64,000 bases of DNA, taken from NCBI GenBank assembly GCA_964658305.1, contig OZ210885.1, forward strand, positions 14,446,001 to 14,510,000, given 5' to 3'. Of the stretch, positions 63,421 through 64,000 are shown piece by piece. A model generated the notes under the pieces. That model worked only from the letters and a program-made list of their open reading frames with translations. It did no database searches and was not told the origin of the DNA. Position numbers and translations under genes: made by a program. This DNA comes from Leptogorgia sarmentosa. Lineage: Eukaryota. Position 1 is the stretch's first letter. Each line of letters begins with the position of its first letter.

Positions 63421-64000
63421 TGTTCTTTGTGCTTGATATTATTAATTTGTATTGTGGATAAGGTGTTGACATATCTCTGAGAAATCATGTAACTTGCATG
63501 ATTTTTATTTTAACAACTGGAAAATTCATGTCCAAATTCACCTTGGCATGTGAATTGATGTAATCTCAGAGCCATGCCTACATCTAATCAACTGACTTAA
63601 TGTCTAATGACAGATATCTTTTATGTTGTTAGTTGTCAAGCATGCAAAGTAGTCTTTATCTTTCTCAATTGACTGACTTTAGATTTTTTTCAAACAGCCT
63701 AGGATAGTCACAAAAAATTTGTGCTTTATGCTAGTTCTACTGCAGTATATTCGTAAAAGATATCTGGGCATTAGAATTTAATTTAACATTTGCATATAAT
63801 ATTTGCACAATTAGAAACTTTAAAACAATTGCATTTATTACCTGTAATATAATGTAAAATGCAATACAATTTACAATATATATAAGACAATGTAATAAAT
63901 TTATTTTATAATAAATTTATTTTATAATAAATTGAAAATTTTGGGTTTTTTGAAAGTCAATTTTTATTCATATATATAATTATATAACATACCATACCAA

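Overview
Eukaryotic, AT-rich DNA made almost entirely of nested transposable elements. The element spectrum suggests a marine invertebrate, probably a cnidarian (inference). Left to right: Copia and piggyBac fragments; a Gypsy element split by a 6.5-kb tyrosine-recombinase (YR) retrotransposon with split direct repeats and an ALOG-like domain; a convergent HECT plus integrase-core remnant split by a Harbinger; a five-level nest (LINE > Harbinger > hAT > Sola3 > Kolobok/Harbinger/MITE); a second Sola3 holding a hAT that holds a 2.4-kb foldback; a long LINE ORF; a Gypsy remnant > LTR element > canonical DIRS nest; and a spliced HIRAN-like gene disrupted by a MITE. Most boundaries are supported by TIRs or LTRs, TSDs and restoration of the interrupted reading frame. 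The most unusual observation is in the YR element at 4990-11526. Its gag, pol and recombinase frames lack a usable start ATG, but each has a phase-0 splice acceptor compatible with one upstream 69-codon leader exon, and the first predicted intron carries a stem-loop array. All family and domain calls are by eye, not by database search.
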